NCBI GenBank assembly: GCA_963815865.1
Contig: CAWFIK010000002.1
Coordinates: forward strand, 281,628 to 345,627
DNA: 64,000 nt
Source: an uncultured Acidobacteriota bacterium
Lineage (GTDB): Bacteria; Acidobacteriota; Thermoanaerobaculia; UBA5066; Gp7-AA6
Direction: 5' to 3'
Each line of letters starts with the position of its first letter. The first letter of the stretch is position 1. Position numbers and translations under genes: made by a program. The notes under the pieces are model-generated. The model was not told the origin of the DNA, searched no databases, and saw nothing but the letters and a program-made list of their open reading frames with translations. Shown in pieces: positions 38,201 to 48,295 of this stretch.

Positions 38201-39646
38201 CTCCGCGTAGGCCGAGGGAGTGATCTGCTCGCGGTAGGCGAAATACTGGAACTGCCACTCCACCGGCGTGAGATCGAGGTCGTCCTTCTGCCGCATCGCC
38301 GACCGCATGGAATGCACGAGGACCCCGTAGCTGTCGGCGACGGTGGCGACGATGCGGGCGGCGATGTCGTCCTGTTCCGCAAAGATGCTGGACGCCTGGA
38401 GGTCCCGGTTGTACGTCTCGGCCCAGAGCCGCGCTCCCGTCCGGGCGTCGACGAGCTGCGCGCTCACGCGGATGGCGGAACCCCCCTTGCGGATGCTTCC
38501 TTCCAGCACGTAACGCGCGCCGAGTTTGGCGCCCATGGCCCGCTCGTCGCCCGATTCCCCTTTCACGCGGGCTGCCGAGGCGCTCGCGACGACCGACAGA
38601 TACCGAAACCGCGAAAGCCCGGTCGTGATCTCCTCGCCGAGGCCGTCGGCGAACGACTCCATCTCCGCGTCCCCGGAGCTCTTGAAGGGAAGCACCGCGA
38701 CCGAAAGAGCCTCGTCGGCCCGGACCTGTCCCGAAGCGCCCCGCGTCGGGGCCGCGGTCGGAGCCGACGGCACTGCCGCCGAAGTCTCGGCCTGCAGATC
38801 GCGCAACTCGTTGAAGACGTCGCGCGAGGTCTGGTAGCGGTCGTGGGGGTCCTTCGCGAGGCAGCGGCGGAGGATCCTTCCCACGTGCGGCGGAAGGTCC
38901 GCGCGGAGCTCGGTGACCGTTGGAGGCCAGTCTCGCAGGATCGAAGAGATGATGTCGACGGAACTCGATCCCTTGAACGGCCGGTCGCCGGTCAGCATCT
39001 CGTAGAGCACGACACCGAGCGAGAAGACATCCGACCTCGCGTCCACCTTTCCGCCCCTCGCCTGTTCGGGGGACATGTAGGCGACGGTGCCGAAGACCGT
39101 CCCTTCCCCGGTCAGGTCGGCGCGGCTCGCCGTGGCTGTACCGGTCGCATTCGGATCGGAATCCACGGCTACGAGCTTGGCGAGACCGAAGTCGAGGACT
39201 TTGAGCCGCCCCTCTCGCGTGATCATCACGTTGGCGGGCTTCAAGTCCCTGTGAACGATGCCGCGCTCGTGCGCCGCCGACAGAGCGTCGGCCAGCGGCA
39301 CGGCGATTTCGAAGAACCGCGAGAGAGACAAGCCGCCGGTCGTAATGGCCAGGTCCAGGGTTTGACCCTCGACGAGCTCCATCGCCAGCAGCCGCATGTC
39401 TCCCGCTTCCTCGACCGAGTAGACCGTGACGATGTTCGGGTGGTTGAGCGAGGCGAGAGCCCGCGCCTCGCGCTCGAACCGGGTCAGCCGTTCCGGATCG
39501 GCGGACACGGATTCCGGCAGAACCTTGATCGCGACCTCGCGCCCGAGCTTCGTGTCCTTCGCCCGGTACACTTCTCCCATTCCGCCCGCGCCCAGAGGCG
39601 AGACGATCTCGTAGGGTCCGAAACGGGTTCCGGCAGCCAGGCTCAA
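32284..39646 (-). CDS. giant Ser/Thr protein kinase with five tandem (TolB-N-like + TPR) modules; one apparent indel near 32475
   Basis: TTG start. GAGGMGEVYRA, HRDLKPANVMI, DFGLAK. Then 5x [AVLPF...GL.EEI.TGLSR...V.ARSS...G.ELGARYV.EGS.R..G...R..VQL.D...G..LW] each followed by a TPR-like region. The true C-terminus ...DPLRNDPSFGALLGRLGLPP is in ORF 32284..32664. Confidence 0.85.
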
Positions 39647-40356
39647 GAGTTTTCCTGTGGCCGGAATTCTATCCTTCCCATGAGAGCGGCAGCGGACGCG
39701 GCCGCCGGACGCGCGCCACGATCGCTAAGCGGCCGACCCTTCAAGAAGGCGAGTTCGATGTCTGGCCGGGTTGCTCCATCACAAATCCGCGCGTCAGCGC
39801 CTGTCTTCTCCGGAGGCTCGTCTCGACGCCGTTCGCTTCTGGAATCTCCCCTGTTGACCAGCACATGGTAGGCAACGGCATCCCAGGCGTTGAGAATGCC
39901 AATGAAGAGCAACAGCAGCGCCGCCGCTCCGACGCCGAACAGGGCCTCGCGTTCTCGGGCTGGAGCGGAGAATGACGACAGCGCGAGTGTCGCGTAAGCC
40001 GCCGAAGGGAGCACGACGTGAAACAACCAATCTTCGAACACCGGCCGGTATGCGGCTTGCGTTCGCATGCGCCGGGCAACGATCATCGCGTAGGCCACTC
40101 CACACAGGCCCGCGAGGCCCCAGGCCACGGCGGCCGGGATGATGGTTTGCCACGGAACGCGCAGGAGCGCCGACAGAAAAAACGCGGCGCCGAAATGAAC
40201 GATCGTCGGTGTCGCAAAAGCGGCGCCGGCGTCCGCAGCACGCGGGGGGGGCCGTTCCGCGATCAGCGTCAGGACGACGAACTGCAAGCCGATCAGGGCG
40301 CCCGCCGCCGACCCCACGATGACGTAGAAGCTGTCCCACCGGGCGAGCTCCGGCAC
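39643..40356 (-). CDS. hypothetical polytopic membrane protein
   Basis: 237-aa ORF with 5-6 hydrophobic segments. Its stop overlaps the kinase TTG start (TTGA). No family recognised. Confidence 0.55.
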   Translation of the reverse strand: MPELARWDSFYVIVGSAAGALIGLQFVVLTLIAERPPPRAADAGAAFATPTIVHFGAAFFLSALLRVPWQTIIPAAVAWGLAGLCGVAYAMIVARRMRTQAAYRPVFEDWLFHVVLPSAAYATLALSSFSAPAREREALFGVGAAALLLLFIGILNAWDAVAYHVLVNRGDSRSERRRDEPPEKTGADARICDGATRPDIELAFLKGRPLSDRGARPAAASAAALMGRIEFRPQENS

Positions 40357-40358
40357 GG

Positions 40359-41009
40359 TCAGGCTCTCTGCCTGAACCGCTCGAACCTGTATGCCAATTC
40401 CGGTCCCTCGTTTCCCTCGTACGCGAGCTGCGCGACGAGCAACGCGAACGGCTCGGTATAACGGGCGCTCCGCAGGGATCCGGCGTCCACCGGATCGAAC
40501 CCCACGTCGCGGATCAGGTTGGCGGCGATTCTCTTGCTCTCCGAATCGTCGCCGCAGTACACGAGGCCGGGTCTCCTCTCCTTGCGGCGGGCTTCGAAGA
40601 CCGCGAAGAGCACCTCGCTCGGCACGGTGTTGAAGGCGGAAACGACGCGAGCCTTCCTGACCTTCTTTGCGAGCGTCTCCGCGCCCGAGGAAGTGTGAGC
40701 GACAACGAGGGCGGTATCCCTGGCATTCATCGGGAGAGAGCAGCTCACGATGACCTTTCCCGCCACGTCGCCGGCCTGTTTCAGCACGTCGTCGACCCGT
40801 GACCAGTGCACGGCCAGCAGGAGCACTTCGGATTCGCCGGATGCCTCAGCCGGCGTGCCCGCCCGCGCGGATCCGTGCGCCTCACGCGCGAGCCGCATGA
40901 GCTTCCGCTCGCTCCGGGCGTAGCTGAATAACACCTCATGGCCGGCCCGAGCCCAGATCGTTCCGAGCTTGGCGCCCATCAAACCCGAACCCAGAATTCC
41001 AATTCGCAT
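40359..41009 (-). CDS. NAD(P)-binding oxidoreductase (NADPH-dependent F420 reductase-like family)
   Basis: MRIGILGSGLMGAKLG Rossmann start. 216 aa, typical of Npd/FNO-like proteins. Confidence 0.7.
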   Translation of the reverse strand: MRIGILGSGLMGAKLGTIWARAGHEVLFSYARSERKLMRLAREAHGSARAGTPAEASGESEVLLLAVHWSRVDDVLKQAGDVAGKVIVSCSLPMNARDTALVVAHTSSGAETLAKKVRKARVVSAFNTVPSEVLFAVFEARRKERRPGLVYCGDDSESKRIAANLIRDVGFDPVDAGSLRSARYTEPFALLVAQLAYEGNEGPELAYRFERFRQRA

Positions 41010-41089
41010 GCCCTACAGCTCCTGGTTCGTGGTCCGAAGCAGAATCTCGTTCCTCTGACCGTCCCTTGGCGTGCCTGCTCGGAACCGCA

Positions 41090-41611
41090 TCATGACTCGG
41101 GCGGCGCGGGGTCGTCCAACTCGCGCGTCATCTCGATCATCGTCGGGCGAAAGCCCATGCTCGCGAAGAATCTCTGCGCCGGCCCGTTCCGCGCGGCGGT
41201 CGACAGGACGACCCGGGGCGCGCCGCGCGACTCGAGGGACGCCAGGATCGCGTCCAGCAGCAGCCGGCCGACGCCGCGTCCGCGATGCTCCGGGTCGACG
41301 ATGACGTCGTGCAGGACGCCCGCCGGCCCACGGAGCGCCATGAAGTCGTACCCTTCGATCACGGCGTACGAGTAGCCGATCACTTCCCCGTTGTCGTCAG
41401 CGACGAGGACGGCGCTGTCGGGGTCTTCGAGCTGCGCGCTCAGGAAGGACGCGTAGTCCGTCGGCGTCCGGTGCCTCGCGGCGAGGAAGCGCCGCGCATC
41501 GAAGTCGTGATGCTCCTCGACGAGGAGCGCTCCGAGGCGACCGATTTTCGGCAGGTCGGCGGCCGTCGCGCGCCGGATGATCGGGCCGGTCACGGAGTCC
41601 AGGGGCATCAC
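41090..41611 (-). CDS. GNAT-family N-acetyltransferase
   Basis: ...VIGYSYAVIEG...VDPEHRGRGVGRLLLDAILASLESRGAPRVVL (acetyl-CoA binding Q/RxxGxG/A motif). Confidence 0.8.
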   Translation of the reverse strand: MMPLDSVTGPIIRRATAADLPKIGRLGALLVEEHHDFDARRFLAARHRTPTDYASFLSAQLEDPDSAVLVADDNGEVIGYSYAVIEGYDFMALRGPAGVLHDVIVDPEHRGRGVGRLLLDAILASLESRGAPRVVLSTAARNGPAQRFFASMGFRPTMIEMTRELDDPAPPES

Positions 41612-41646
41612 AGGAGGCTCACGTTTACGAATCGAATCGGCCCTGC

Positions 41647-41994
41647 TCAGGTCTCGCGGAGCTTATCGTCTCGCTGCTCGCGCGGTCGGCTGCCCTGGTA
41701 TTGATCGTCGCTGACCTTCTCCATCCAGTCCACGGTCTTGCCGTCGAGCCGTTCCAGAATGGCGATGTGCGTCATGGCCGTGGTGGCCGTGGCGTCGTGC
41801 CAGTGCTTTTCACCGGGCGGACACCAGATCACGTCCCCCCACGCTGTTCGAGCGCCGGGCTCGAACGTGACGCAGACGCCGAGTCCGCGCGCCGGATCGG
41901 GCGCCTGGAACAGGGGGTCGATGCGGACCGTGCCGGTAAAGTGCTCGGCCGGCGCTCTGCCGGAAGCTTGTGAGCCACTTCTCTTGACGTCCAT
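41647..41994 (-). CDS. cupin-domain protein, apparently lacking the metal-binding core (in-frame deletion?)
   Basis: [11 protein letters not shown]|[27 protein letters not shown]. The segment normally between these motifs (HxH...G...) is absent. 115 aa. Confidence 0.55.
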   Translation of the reverse strand: MDVKRSGSQASGRAPAEHFTGTVRIDPLFQAPDPARGLGVCVTFEPGARTAWGDVIWCPPGEKHWHDATATTAMTHIAILERLDGKTVDWMEKVSDDQYQGSRPREQRDDKLRET

Positions 41995-42072
41995 CTTCTG
42001 AAAGCCTCCATTCCATTGTTTCAGCGGCCCGTCATTCGCTCCAGGCGTTCGGGGTACCGGGCTCCTTGCACC

Positions 42073-42095
42073 GATCCTTCGCTTCGCTCAGGATG
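42073..42095 (-). repeat. REP-like hairpin element (second copy; minus-strand reading CATCCTGAGCGAAGCGAAGGATC)
   Basis: 22/23 identical to 11877-11899. Same orientation relative to the upstream gene (here the SDR gene). Confidence 0.6.
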
Positions 42096-42142
42096 GCAGA
42101 GAAGGAGTCTCTCTTCTTCCGAGAAGGAGTTTCTCTTCTTCG

Positions 42143-42916
42143 TCATTCGGGGGTGGTGTAGGCGACGGTGATGCCGCCGTCGACGGTCAGTGCGGCGCCG
42201 TTAACGTAGGAGGAATCGTCGGACGCGAGGAAGAGCGCGGCCTGCGCGACCTCCGAGGCGCGGGCGAGGCGGCCGAAGGGGATGTGGACCATCCGGCGGG
42301 CGCGGCGCGCGGGGTCGCCCAGCAGCTCGGCCATGAGTGGCGTGTCCACCGGTCCCGGGCAGAGGGCGTTGACCCGGATGTTCCGGCGGGCGAACTCGAC
42401 GGCGGTCTCGCGAGTCAACGAGAGGACACCCCCCTTGCTCGCTGTATACGCGATCTGCGGCGTTGCAGCCCCCATGAGCGCGACGAACGACGCGGTGTTG
42501 ACGACGCTGCCGCCACCGGCCCGCAGAAGAGCGGGAATGCCGTGCTTGCATCCGAGAAAGACCCCCTTGAGATTCACCCGCATGACGAGGTCCCATGTCT
42601 CCTCGTCGGTCTCCAGGACTCCCCCATCCGCGGCGGGAAAGATGCCGGCATTGTTGAAGAGGATGTTCAAGCGTCCGTAGCTCTCTTCCGCCGCCGCGAC
42701 CATCGCGCGGACATCCTCCGCGCGCGACACGTCGGCGTGGACGAACGTCGCCCTGCCTCCCGCGGCCTCAACGTGCGTCACGGTCTCTCTCCCCGCGTCA
42801 TCGGCCATGTCCGCCACGACGACGCTCGCTCCCTCGCGCGCAAAGAGAACCGCGGCCTCGCGCCCGATCCCGCTCCCCGCCCCCGTGATCACCGCGACCT
42901 TGTCCTTCAACCTCAT
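42143..42916 (-). CDS. SDR-family oxidoreductase
   Basis: MRLKDKVAVITGAGSGIG...NNAG...YTASKGGV. Start at ATG 42916 rather than 42940. Confidence 0.88.
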   Translation of the reverse strand: MRLKDKVAVITGAGSGIGREAAVLFAREGASVVVADMADDAGRETVTHVEAAGGRATFVHADVSRAEDVRAMVAAAEESYGRLNILFNNAGIFPAADGGVLETDEETWDLVMRVNLKGVFLGCKHGIPALLRAGGGSVVNTASFVALMGAATPQIAYTASKGGVLSLTRETAVEFARRNIRVNALCPGPVDTPLMAELLGDPARRARRMVHIPFGRLARASEVAQAALFLASDDSSYVNGAALTVDGGITVAYTTPE

Positions 42917-42937
42917 CTCGTCCTCACTTCCGTCGTC

Positions 42938-42965
42938 CAATCACCAATTCACAAATCACAAATCT
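42938..42965. repeat. single-arm heptamer array (caatcac caattca caaatca caaatct)
   Basis: Same heptamer family as the right arm at 21666-21690. Lies between the GS-like stop (42971) and the SDR start (42916). No complementary arm nearby. Confidence 0.55.
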
Positions 42966-42970
42966 GCTTC

Positions 42971-44368
42971 TCATCCTCTCTCGAAGAAGCGGGCCTTCTC
43001 CCAATCGGTCACGGCCTCGTCGAATTTCCTCTGCTCGGTGCGAAGGAAATGAATGTAGTGGTTCACGAATTCCTGGCCGAACGCCTCGCGCGCGAACAAG
43101 CTCGCCTCGAACCGGTCCGTCGCGTCCCGCAGGGTCTGCGGAACCCGGGGCAGCGGTCGGGCCGCGTAGGCGTCTCCCTGGAAGATCGGCGGCGGCTCGA
43201 TCCGGCGCGCGATGCCGTCGAGCCCGGCGGCGAGCGCGGAGGCGTAGGCGAGGTACGGGTTCGCGTCAGCGCCCGGGATGCGGCATTCGATCCGCAAGGA
43301 CGGACCCTCACCCACGATGCGGAACCCAGCCGTGCGGTTGTCGCGGCTCCAGGCGATGGCCGTCGGCGCGAAGGACGCGCTCTGAAAGCGCTTGTAGGAG
43401 TTGACCGACGGCGCCGCCAGGGCGGCGAGCTCCTCCGCATGGGCCATCCACCCGCCGAGAAACCATCGGAAGAGATCGCTCGCGGCGATCGGGCCGAGCG
43501 CAGCCTCGCCCGCGAAGAGATTCTCCCTCCCTTCGGCGTCCCACAGGGAAAGGTGTTGGTGCATCGAGCTTCCCGCCAGCTTCTCGTTCCACTTCGCCAT
43601 GAAGGTCACCGCGAGTCTCTGCCGGTCCGCGATCTCCTTGGCCGCGTGCTTGGCCAGGACGTTCCTGTCGGCTTGCTCCAGGAGATCGCTATATCGGAGG
43701 TTCAACTCCTGCTGACCCGGCCCCCACTCTCCCTTGGAGCCCTCCATCGGCACCCCGCTCGCGTCCAGGCCGCGCACGATCGCCCCGACGAGCGGCTCCT
43801 CCCTCGTCCCCTGCAAGATGTGGTAATCCTCGATGTAGCCGGCGAACGTCTCCAGATCCAGGAAGCGTTTCTTGCGCGCGGATTCGTACGTCTCGCGGAA
43901 GACGTACATTTCCAGCTCCGACCCTGCCATAGCTCTGAATCCCATCTCGCGCGCGAGCTCGACCTGGCACGCGAGGAGCTGGCGCGGCGCAATCTCGACC
44001 GGCCGCCCGCCGGGCTCGCCGACGACGTCGCAGAAAACGATCGCGGTCTTCTCGAGCCAGGCCGCGCGCCGCGCCGTCTTCCAGTCGGGCACGCAGCGGA
44101 AGTCGCCGTAGCCCTCCTGCCAGCTGGCGAAGTCATAGCCCGGCACCGGATCCATCTCCATGTCGCAGGCGAGAAGGTAGTCGCAGGCGTGGAAACCGTG
44201 GTCCGCCACGATCTCGGCGAAGAAACGCCCGACGAACCGCTTCCCCAGCAGCCGTCCGTAAAGATCCGGGAAGACGGCGAGGACCGTCTCGACCTCGCCC
44301 GCCTCGACGAGTCGCGCGAGCTCCTCCCGCGCCAGCTTGCCTCGAACGGCCTCCGCTCCTGTCTTCAT
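42971..44368 (-). CDS. glutamine synthetase-family protein (GlnA/PuuA-like gamma-glutamyl ligase)
   Basis: 465 aa. ...GSELEMYVF..., KWNEKLAGSSMHQHLSLW, ECRIPGADANPYLAYASALAAGLDGI. Confidence 0.85.
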   Translation of the reverse strand: MKTGAEAVRGKLAREELARLVEAGEVETVLAVFPDLYGRLLGKRFVGRFFAEIVADHGFHACDYLLACDMEMDPVPGYDFASWQEGYGDFRCVPDWKTARRAAWLEKTAIVFCDVVGEPGGRPVEIAPRQLLACQVELAREMGFRAMAGSELEMYVFRETYESARKKRFLDLETFAGYIEDYHILQGTREEPLVGAIVRGLDASGVPMEGSKGEWGPGQQELNLRYSDLLEQADRNVLAKHAAKEIADRQRLAVTFMAKWNEKLAGSSMHQHLSLWDAEGRENLFAGEAALGPIAASDLFRWFLGGWMAHAEELAALAAPSVNSYKRFQSASFAPTAIAWSRDNRTAGFRIVGEGPSLRIECRIPGADANPYLAYASALAAGLDGIARRIEPPPIFQGDAYAARPLPRVPQTLRDATDRFEASLFAREAFGQEFVNHYIHFLRTEQRKFDEAVTDWEKARFFERG

Positions 44369-44426
44369 CGCCCCTCCGCGATTCGAAGAGAAGTCGACTC
44401 CCCGGGAAGGGAGTCTCTCACCAGCG

Positions 44427-45724
44427 CTACAACGACGTTATGCCGGCCCCGCTGTGGCGCAGCAGGACCACCGCGCCCACGGTGACGAGGACGAGGCCGT
44501 CCAGGACGAGGACCCGGGGGGCGGTGAACGAGACCGCCAGGGTGCCCGCGACGAGGTTGCCGAGGGGCATGGCGCCGCGAAAGGCGAGCGAGTAGACCTG
44601 ACACGATGCGGCCCCGCAGGCGGTCTTCGACGTTCGACTGCACGAGCGTCATGAACATCGCGAAGACGACCATCAGCGACGCTCCCGCCAGGAAGAGGAC
44701 CGCGTAGGAGAGGACGAGATCGCGCGAGAGCGCGAAGGCCACCATGAGCCCGCCGAACGTCATCTGCATCGCGACGGCGACGACCCCTTTCCGGTGGACG
44801 TGCCCGAACCCGGCGACCGCGATCGCGCCGAGGACGGCGCCGATGCCGAACGCGGCGAGGAGGCCGCTGTAGCCCTTCGCGTCCTTGTGGAAGACCTCGC
44901 GCGCGAAGACGGGCAGGAACGTCACGAGCGGGATGGCACAGAAGCTCCCGACGAAGGAGAGAGCGATGAGCCCACGCAGCGGTTCGAGTCCCGCGCCGCG
45001 CGGAGTCCGACCTTCAGGCTCTCCATCACGCGCTCCGGCTTGGCGTCGCCCTTCTCGAGCGCCCCGCGCTTCAAAGCGAGGAGCGCGCGATGACCGCGAC
45101 GAACGAAATGCCGTTCAAGCCGAAGCAGGCCGCGGCGCCCAGCTTGTAGAACGCGACGCCGGCGAGCACGGGGCCGATGACGCGAGCCAGGTTGAACTGG
45201 ATCGAGTTCAGCGCGACGGCGTTCGCCAGGTCCTTTCGGTCCACGAGCGTCGGAACGAGCGCCTGGTACGCCGGGCCGCCGAAGGACTGCGCGAAGCCGA
45301 CGACGAAGGAGAGCGTCAGGATGATCCAGACGTGGATGGCGTGCCGGCCAGATCAGACCCGCGAGCAGGAACGCGGACGAGAGCTGCACGATCTGGGAGA
45401 GAGCAGGATCCGGCGGCGGTCCATCCGGTCGGCGAGCACGCCGCCGAAGAGCGAGAAGACGAGGAAGGGCGCGTCGCCCAGGAACGCGTCCAGGCCGAGG
45501 AGGGACGCGGATCCGGTCATCGTCAGGATCAGCCAGTTCTGCGCGACCTCCTGCATCCACGTCCCGACGCTCGACGTGAACGCCCCGGCCCAGAGGAGGC
45601 GGTAGTCGCGGTAGGTAAACGCGCGAAACGTGCGCAGGAGCGGGGACGTTCGCGCGGACGACCCGGAGATCCCCGCGGCGCCCGGAAGGCCGCCGCCGCC
45701 GGGATCGGCTTCGGGCCGGCTCAC
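44427..45724 (-). pseudogene. MFS transporter (MFS_3/EntS-like), at least 4 frame changes
   Basis: Segments in different frames: YRLLWAGAFTSSVGTWMQEVAQNWLIL...GGVLADRMDRRRILL; QIVQLSSAFLLAGLIW; TFLPVFAREVFHKDAKGYSGLLAAFGIG; C-terminus ...LVTVGAVVLLRHSG. GTG start overlaps the pcm stop. Confidence 0.6.
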
Positions 45725-46356
45725 TCCGGGGCGGGCGGGGTCTTCTCGATCTCGCCGGTCATCGGAACGAAGCGAACCGGCAGGATGTCGCTGCTCGCGT
45801 GACCTTGCCGTTCGCGTCCTTGCTAGAAGACCTTCAGCTCCTGGAAGAAGCCGCCGACCGGGATCACCATGCGGCCGCCCGGTGCGAGCTGGTCGAGGAG
45901 CGGCTGCGGGAATGCGCTCGGGCGCGGCCGTCACGATGATGCCGGCGAACGGCGCGTGCTCCGGCCAGCCGCCGGTAGCCGTCCCCTTCCCGCACGGTCA
46001 CGTTGCTGTAGCCGAGCTGCTTCAGCCGCTCGGCTCGACGCGCGCGCGAGCTCCGGAAGGATCTCGATCGAGTAGACCTCGCGGGCGAGCCGCGACAGGA
46101 CGGCGCTCTGGTATCCGGATCCGGTGCCGATCTCCAGGACCCGTCTCGTCCGGAGAGAGGTCGAGCAGCTCCGTCATGAGCGCGACGATGTACGGCTGCG
46201 AGATCGTCTGGTTGCCGGCGATCGGGAGCGGACGGTCCTCGTACGCGCGCGCGCGCTCGGCGCCGGATCGACGAAGAGATGCCGCGGAACCTCGCGCATC
46301 GCGCGCAGCACTCGCGGATCGCGAACGCCGCGCGCGACGATCTGCGTCTCGACCAT
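45721..46356 (-). pseudogene. pcm: protein-L-isoaspartate O-methyltransferase, at least 5 frame changes
   Basis: Pieces in different frames: [85 protein letters not shown]. Confidence 0.6.
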
Positions 46357-46484
46357 CCGCGCGCCGGCGCGCGGCTTCCGGGTCTCCGCTTCGGTGCGGA
46401 CGTCACTCCGGTTGCGGCGCCCCGGCAGGCCGCTGCACCCGACTCCGAGCGCGCGGAGGAAGGATACGCGCGCCGCCGCCCGGC

Positions 46485-48179
46485 TCAAGGCGCTTCCCCG
46501 CTCCGGCCCGTGCCGAAGGCGACCCGCCCGCCGACGAGCGTCGAGCGACGACGCGGATCGAGGGAATCTCCGCCTCGGGGAGCGCGCATCGGGTCCGCCG
46601 CGAGGACCGTCAGGTCGGCTTCGTATCCCGGAGCGATGCGGCCCCGCCGGTCCTCTTCGAACGCCGCGTACGCCGCGTCGGAGGTGAAGAGCGCGAGCGC
46701 TTCGGGACGCGTCAGCCTCTCCTGCGGCGCGCCAGCCGCCGGCGGGCTTGCCGCGACGGTCCTGGCGCGTCACGGCCGCGTAGAAGCCGAGAAGCGGGTT
46801 CTCCGATTCGACCGGGAAAGTCGCTGCCGCCAGCGAGCCTCGCCCCGGCGCTTCTTCAGCGTCCTCCACGCGTAGGCTCCCGCGATGCGCGCGGCCCGAC
46901 GCGCTTCTCCGCCCACGGCATGTCGGAGGTCGCGTGGGTCGGCTGGATCGAGGCGATCACGCCTTCCCGCGCGAAGCGCGGGATGTCCTCCGGCGCGACG
47001 ACCTGGGCGTGCTCGATCCGCGGCCGGTCGCCTCCCGGCGGCGCGTCGGGCTCACGGCCCGCCGCCTTCGCGAAGGCGTCGAGCGCGACGCGGTTGCCGC
47101 GGTCTCCGATCGCGTGGATCCAGAGCTGCCAGCCGTGCCGCCGCGCTTCCCGCGCGAGCTCGTCGAGCCGCGTCCGGCGGGGTGACGAGAAGTCCCCGGT
47201 TTCCCGGATCGTCGGAATAGTCCGCGAGCAGCGCGGCGCCCCGGCTTCCGAGAGCGCCGTCGGCGTAGGCCTTGATCGCGCGCACGGTCAGGAAATCGCT
47301 CCCCCGCCCGATGCGCGGCCGCGGGCGAAGACGGCCGGGCAGGACGTTCGGCGTCGGGCGAGACCGTCGCGTAGACGCGGATCGGGAGGCGCCCCGCGTC
47401 GGCGAGCTTCTCGAGCGCCGCGATCTCCGCCGGCCCGTAACGCGGAGGCGTCCTGGACTTGCGTCAGTCCGACCTTCGCGCAGGCCGCCGTCGCCGGCCA
47501 GGATGCGCCGCTCGAAGTCCGCGGGCGAGACCGGCGGGCATTCGCGTTTCGACGAGGCTCCGTCGCGTTGTCGACGAGGACGCCCGGAGGGGATCCGTCT
47601 GCGCGCCGCAGGATCCGTCCGCCCTCGGGATCCCGCGTCGCGGCCGTCGATCGCGCCGCCTTGAGCGCCGCGCGAGTTGACCCAGACGGCGTGGCCGTCC
47701 ACCCGGCGCGCGATCGCCGGGCGGTCGGAGACGGCGGCGTCGAGGTCGCGGGCGTCCGGGAGCTTCTCTCCGGGCCAGCGGTTCTGATCCCAGCCGCGCC
47801 CCTCCGCCCAGCTGCCCGCGGGGAGGCCGGGCGGCGATCGCGCCGATCCGCCGCGCGGCTTCGGCAGGCGTCGTCCGCGCCGCGCAGGTCCGCGGTCTCC
47901 AGCGGCCTGGCCGAGCCCCGCGAGGTGCCCGTGCGCGTCCGCCCAGCCGGGGAAGATGAAGCTTCCGGCCAGATCGCACGCGCGCGGCGCCGGGGGCCAG
48001 CCGGCCGCGCGGGCTCCGGTCGCCGACGAAGACGATCCTCCCGTCCCGGACGAGGATGTCGGCCACGCGGACGGGCCTCGGCGGAGACGTAGACCGTCGC
48101 GCCTTCGAGGATCAATCCGGGGTCGGACGGCGCCGGCAGGACTCATCATCGCGAGGATCAGAAGCGCGAAAGCGGACAT
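46485..48179 (-). pseudogene. secreted metal-dependent amidohydrolase (Amidohydro_3/YtcJ-like), many frame changes
   Basis: Signal peptide MSAFALLILAMMSPAGA. Then ADILVRDGRIVFVG, FIFPGWADAHGHL, RVDGHAVWVNS, IKAYADGALGSRGAALL, GSDFPVESENPLLGFYAAVTR, EADLTVLAADP, LVGGRVAF, scattered over three frames. Confidence 0.55.
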
Positions 48180-48295
48180 TCGGCAATCTTAGCTTGAACC
48201 TCCGGATTCCCCGGAAACCGGAGTGCGGGGCCCGCGATTCGAGGTCGCTGCCGACTCGGCGGGCACCGACGCAAGCCACGATTCTCTCGCCTTCT

